A DNA stretch of 58,726 nucleotides from a virus (taxonomy: Duplodnaviria > Caudoviricetes): positions 1 through 58,726 of the IMG/VR virus record IMGVR_UViG_3300012942_000005. The stretch is one strand, 5' to 3'. The notes beneath the pieces are model-generated. The model saw only the letters and a program-made list of their open reading frames with translations. It did no database searches and had not been told where the DNA came from. A program made the position numbers and the translations under genes. This document shows positions 55,902-58,726 of the stretch, in pieces. Numbering within the stretch: the stretch's first letter is position 1; each line of letters starts with the position of its first letter.

Positions 55902-56394
55902 CGCTCCACCCCACCCAGCCGTGCGCGATGTGACGAACTTCCGAAGTCGCCCACGGAAAGACTTGTACGCCGCGGTACAACGTGTCGATGCACTCGCCGC
56001 GCGGCTGCGGATAGCGCGCCTGAACGATCTTGTCCCCGTGCTTTCGGATGAAATTGACGAACTCACCCCACGAAGGCGTATCTTCGGTCATCGGGAACGG
56101 TTCCGGCGCTTTCATTTCGGGCGCTTTCGCCTTGGGCGCAAAGGGCGACTTCTGCGCAATCGCAGCACCGGCAAACGATGCGCGAATACGTTCGACATTC
56201 GCCGCATCCACTTTCGCCAGATCGGCAGTCGTTTGAGCGTCACGTGCGGAGTCTTGCGGCGCGAAATTCGGGAAAACCGGCGCTTCTTGCGTCAGCACGT
56301 TCACCTTCGCTTCGTCGTCGGGAATCGAATCGGCGGCCGGCTGGCCCCAAGGCACCGGCGGCTGCGGCGCAGGTTTATTGCGATTGCTCGTCAT
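55885..56394 (-). CDS. Hypothetical protein
   Basis: Start MTSNRNK overlapping the previous gene end. Confidence 0.6.
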   Translation of the reverse strand: MTSNRNKPAPQPPVPWGQPAADSIPDDEAKVNVLTQEAPVFPNFAPQDSARDAQTTADLAKVDAANVERIRASFAGAAIAQKSPFAPKAKAPEMKAPEPFPMTEDTPSWGEFVNFIRKHGDKIVQARYPQPRGECIDTLYRGVQVFPWATSEVRHIAHGWVGWSDAQYE

Positions 56395-56671
56395 CGTTTT
56401 CACTCTTGAGTTGGTTGAGTTGGTACTGCGCCATGCGGCCGGTATCCACAATAGTCTTGAGGGCACCGATGAATTCCCGCACGCCAAGCTGTTTCTGCCA
56501 CAACAGTTCTCGCTCATCGCGATTGACTGTGACCAGCCATTCGTTTTGAATACCGTGCAACAGGCCGTCGAGCGCCTTTTTCACAGTCTCGTTGTTGATA
56601 AGACTGGCGATTTCGATACCGAGCCCGACTTCCTGTCGAAGTTGAGCCAGTTCGGCTGCGCTGATGGCCAT
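56375..56671 (-). CDS. Helical morphogenesis hypothetical protein
   Basis: W......RE.LW...L..IVDTGRMA pattern; TGATG overlap. Confidence 0.65.
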   Translation of the reverse strand: MAISAAELAQLRQEVGLGIEIASLINNETVKKALDGLLHGIQNEWLVTVNRDERELLWQKQLGVREFIGALKTIVDTGRMAQYQLNQLKSENDDEQSQ

Positions 56672-56874
56672 CAGTGGTTCCCCAGCATGCGATTGACCGT
56701 CTTCTGCACGCGTTCGGCGTTCGCCTTATCCTCGCGCTTGTCGGCCGGCGTACCTTCGCCAGTTTTCTTGTCGTTTTTCTTGTCGTTCGGGGACGACTCC
56801 CACAGGCGCTCTGCCTGACCGAGCGTCATTTCCTTCGACTTTCCGGTATCGAGTTTCTTTTTCATCGTGGCCAT
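56671..56874 (-). CDS. Small charged protein ending LGNH
   Basis: GGAGG RBS before MATMKKK. Confidence 0.65.
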   Translation of the reverse strand: MATMKKKLDTGKSKEMTLGQAERLWESSPNDKKNDKKTGEGTPADKREDKANAERVQKTVNRMLGNH

Positions 56875-57129
56875 ACCGAGCCTCCGCAAAGTAGGTAAAT
56901 GATCGGGCCGAAAATCGCCGCTACTAGACCGAGAATGATGAACGATCCGAAACCGCAAGCGAATCCAAGCCAGAACATGGAATCACCCGAGGAATACGAA
57001 CACGAGCAGGAGAACCGGCAGAAATGCCCAGTCGTCGTGATTCGTGATGACCAGTGCGGTCGCGGAGGCAATGCAGCCCAGCGCAATCGCGATGAGGAAC
57101 CACGCGACTATCTTGGCTTCGTCTTTCAT
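56862..57129 (-). CDS. Two tandem small membrane ORFs (56983-57129 and 56862-56978)
   Basis: MKDEAKIVAWFLIAIALG... and MFWLGFACGFGSFIILG...; ATGA overlap with terS. Confidence 0.45.
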
Positions 57130-57707
57130 TTCGGATCCCAAGGGCGACGATTTTCCGGCACGCGAACTGTGTTCAGTTGCATGTCGATGATTTTCTCGCT
57201 TTCGTCCTTGATTTGCGCTTGGACGACTGCATTGATCGGAGGTTGGCCAACGAACTCGATAGTGAGTTTCGTTTGAATATCGCCGCCATCTGCGCCGGTG
57301 ATTTCCGTGACCTGCTTGGTCTTGCCGAAACCACGGTCGAGGATTTCCTTGGCGGCGCTGATTCGATCACTATTGTTTGCGCGCTCGTCTTCCATCACAT
57401 CGACCAATGTGGCCAATGCGCGGAGCCCGAAGACCCGAGCCGATTTCTGGATATCGACCCGAGCAACTTTGTTTGGAGTACCTTTCTGACGGCCGCCGGT
57501 CTTGACGCGCTTTTGTTCCTCGTAGCCGGGGTTGGCGTCGGATTGCTCGTCTTGAGCGTCTTCGAGTTCTTGCAGTGCGGACATGGGACGATCGCTGAGT
57601 TGCGGTTCGTCCACGATGGGGCGTTTCGGCCAGGTGCGATTAGCGGCAAGAACCGCGTCATCGTCAAGCTCTGCTGGCGAAGTGCGAGGAATGGAATTGT
57701 CGCCCAC
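57126..57707 (-). CDS. terS: Terminase small subunit (putative)
   Basis: KTGGRQKGTPNK, A..TL..VM, R.SAAKEILDRGFGK..Q..EITG.DGG; start probably GTG 57707. Confidence 0.75.
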   Translation of the reverse strand: MGDNSIPRTSPAELDDDAVLAANRTWPKRPIVDEPQLSDRPMSALQELEDAQDEQSDANPGYEEQKRVKTGGRQKGTPNKVARVDIQKSARVFGLRALATLVDVMEDERANNSDRISAAKEILDRGFGKTKQVTEITGADGGDIQTKLTIEFVGQPPINAVVQAQIKDESEKIIDMQLNTVRVPENRRPWDPK

Positions 57708-57741
57708 CGTGGACTTCCCTAAACGTTGATGAATACATCGC

Positions 57742-57773
57742 AGATTAGAGAAATAGGTGAGCGAGCGCAACAG
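57742..57773 (-). promoter_or_regulatory. Late-type promoter (terminase)
   Basis: ctgTTGCGC-17-TAATCT. Confidence 0.55.
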
Positions 57774-57785
57774 ACTTTTTGTACC

Positions 57786-58076
57786 TTAAATCCCGTACTC
57801 GCTCGCGGCGAAGGGCTGCCCGGCCGTGCCAAGCACACCAACTGTGTTGATCGGCGCAAATTCTTCGCAATACCAGGTCTCGTTCGGCATCACTTTATAG
57901 CGACACACTTCCGTATCATGGCCATCGGTGATGACTAGCCACATGGGATCAGTGCCTTGATTCTGGAAGTGAGCGCCGATGCGGTGCGGATTGCGCGGGA
58001 AAATAGTGACCGGCTCGTCTTGAATGGTACCGGAGCGACCGAACCATTCGACAGAGGAAGGGCGATTGAGAGACAT
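57786..58076 (-). CDS. Hypothetical beta-rich protein
   Basis: GGAG RBS before MSLNRPSS. Confidence 0.6.
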   Translation of the reverse strand: MSLNRPSSVEWFGRSGTIQDEPVTIFPRNPHRIGAHFQNQGTDPMWLVITDGHDTEVCRYKVMPNETWYCEEFAPINTVGVLGTAGQPFAASEYGI

Positions 58077-58248
58077 GAGGTACACTCCGTGACAAAAAGA
58101 TGCCCGCCCCACTCGTGCTCTTGGCTGTCGCGTCGCCCATCGGGAGCGGCACTAGGCTGTGCAATTGCGGTTAAGGCGGGCTTAAACCTGCGGCTTGGAG
58201 ACCGTCGGATCAGAAGCAGTCCTCACCACCTGATCCGACTCCTCAATA

Positions 58249-58726
58249 CTACCACGGTTTGGCGGGAGTGTCACCGATAGAATTGTTGTTGCTGCAGTTG
58301 CCAAAAGGATTGCCGTTGCCGCCGAATCGCTCAATGGGAGGGGCATGGGCACCTTGAGTCTGTTCCGTGTAGCGTCTGGACCAATTCAGGAGCGATTGGT
58401 GTTCGACTTCGTCCATGAGTAGCACGGTCAGGACGTTGCGCAGTTCTCTGAACATCGAGGACGTCAAGTGTAGAAAAGGAATTTGCGGATGATTGAGCCA
58501 ACGTTTCACCACCGCACGCGCCCAATCTTCTTTGGAGGCAAAGCCGGTATTTGCATAAGGATCGGGCGGCGTGGGCATCGACTGCTGCGGATCATTGTGT
58601 TCCACGGTGAGAGTGCGGATCTGATTGGTGAGATAGGCGTTCTGTTCGCGGAGTTTTGCATTCTCCTGTTCGAGTGACCCGGCCCGGCGGAAATAGTAAT
58701 GGCCGTCGATGCGCTTTCGCCCAGCG
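58249..58726 (-). CDS. 3' part of the join-spanning ORF that starts at 698
   Basis: In frame with 1..698 through the terminal repeat. Confidence 0.7.
   Translation of the reverse strand, partial: AGRKRIDGHYYFRRAGSLEQENAKLREQNAYLTNQIRTLTVEHNDPQQSMPTPPDPYANTGFASKEDWARAVVKRWLNHPQIPFLHLTSSMFRELRNVLTVLLMDEVEHQSLLNWSRRYTEQTQGAHAPPIERFGGNGNPFGNCSNNNSIGDTPAKPW
58604..58726. repeat. Terminal direct repeat copy
   Basis: Identical to 1-123. Confidence 0.95.

Overview
The window is an apparently complete, circularly assembled genome (about 58.6 kb unique) of a lytic-looking dsDNA tailed phage. Bases 1-123 repeat at 58604-58726 and one ORF reads through the join. No integrase was seen. A Burkholderiales host is only a weak inference. 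Layout: (i) early region, ~1-11 kb, with sigma70-type promoters, an unannotated Rmf-like gene, a PagP-like outer-membrane protein, a primase-helicase and a probable origin; (ii) replication and recombination genes (Sak4-like ATPase, HNH, SSB, Cas4-like exonuclease, SF2 helicase, beta-clamp, family-B polymerase, MazG-like); (iii) an RNA cluster (D-armless tRNA-like element, ~440-nt structured ncRNA candidate, tRNA-Asp) directly upstream of a 7-deazaguanine DNA-modification operon (queE-queC-queD-folE-dpdA); (iv) on the minus strand, podovirus-type morphogenesis genes and an expanded lysis cassette ending in a class-3 lipase. The strongest unexplained signals are the tRNA-flanked large ncRNA, near-total GT/AC dinucleotide avoidance in early genes, a clamp-binding-like QxxLF tail on DpdA, a four-member paralogous DNA-binding-like family, and a shared C-terminal GNH motif on small basic late proteins. 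All calls come from manual motif reading, with no database searches.
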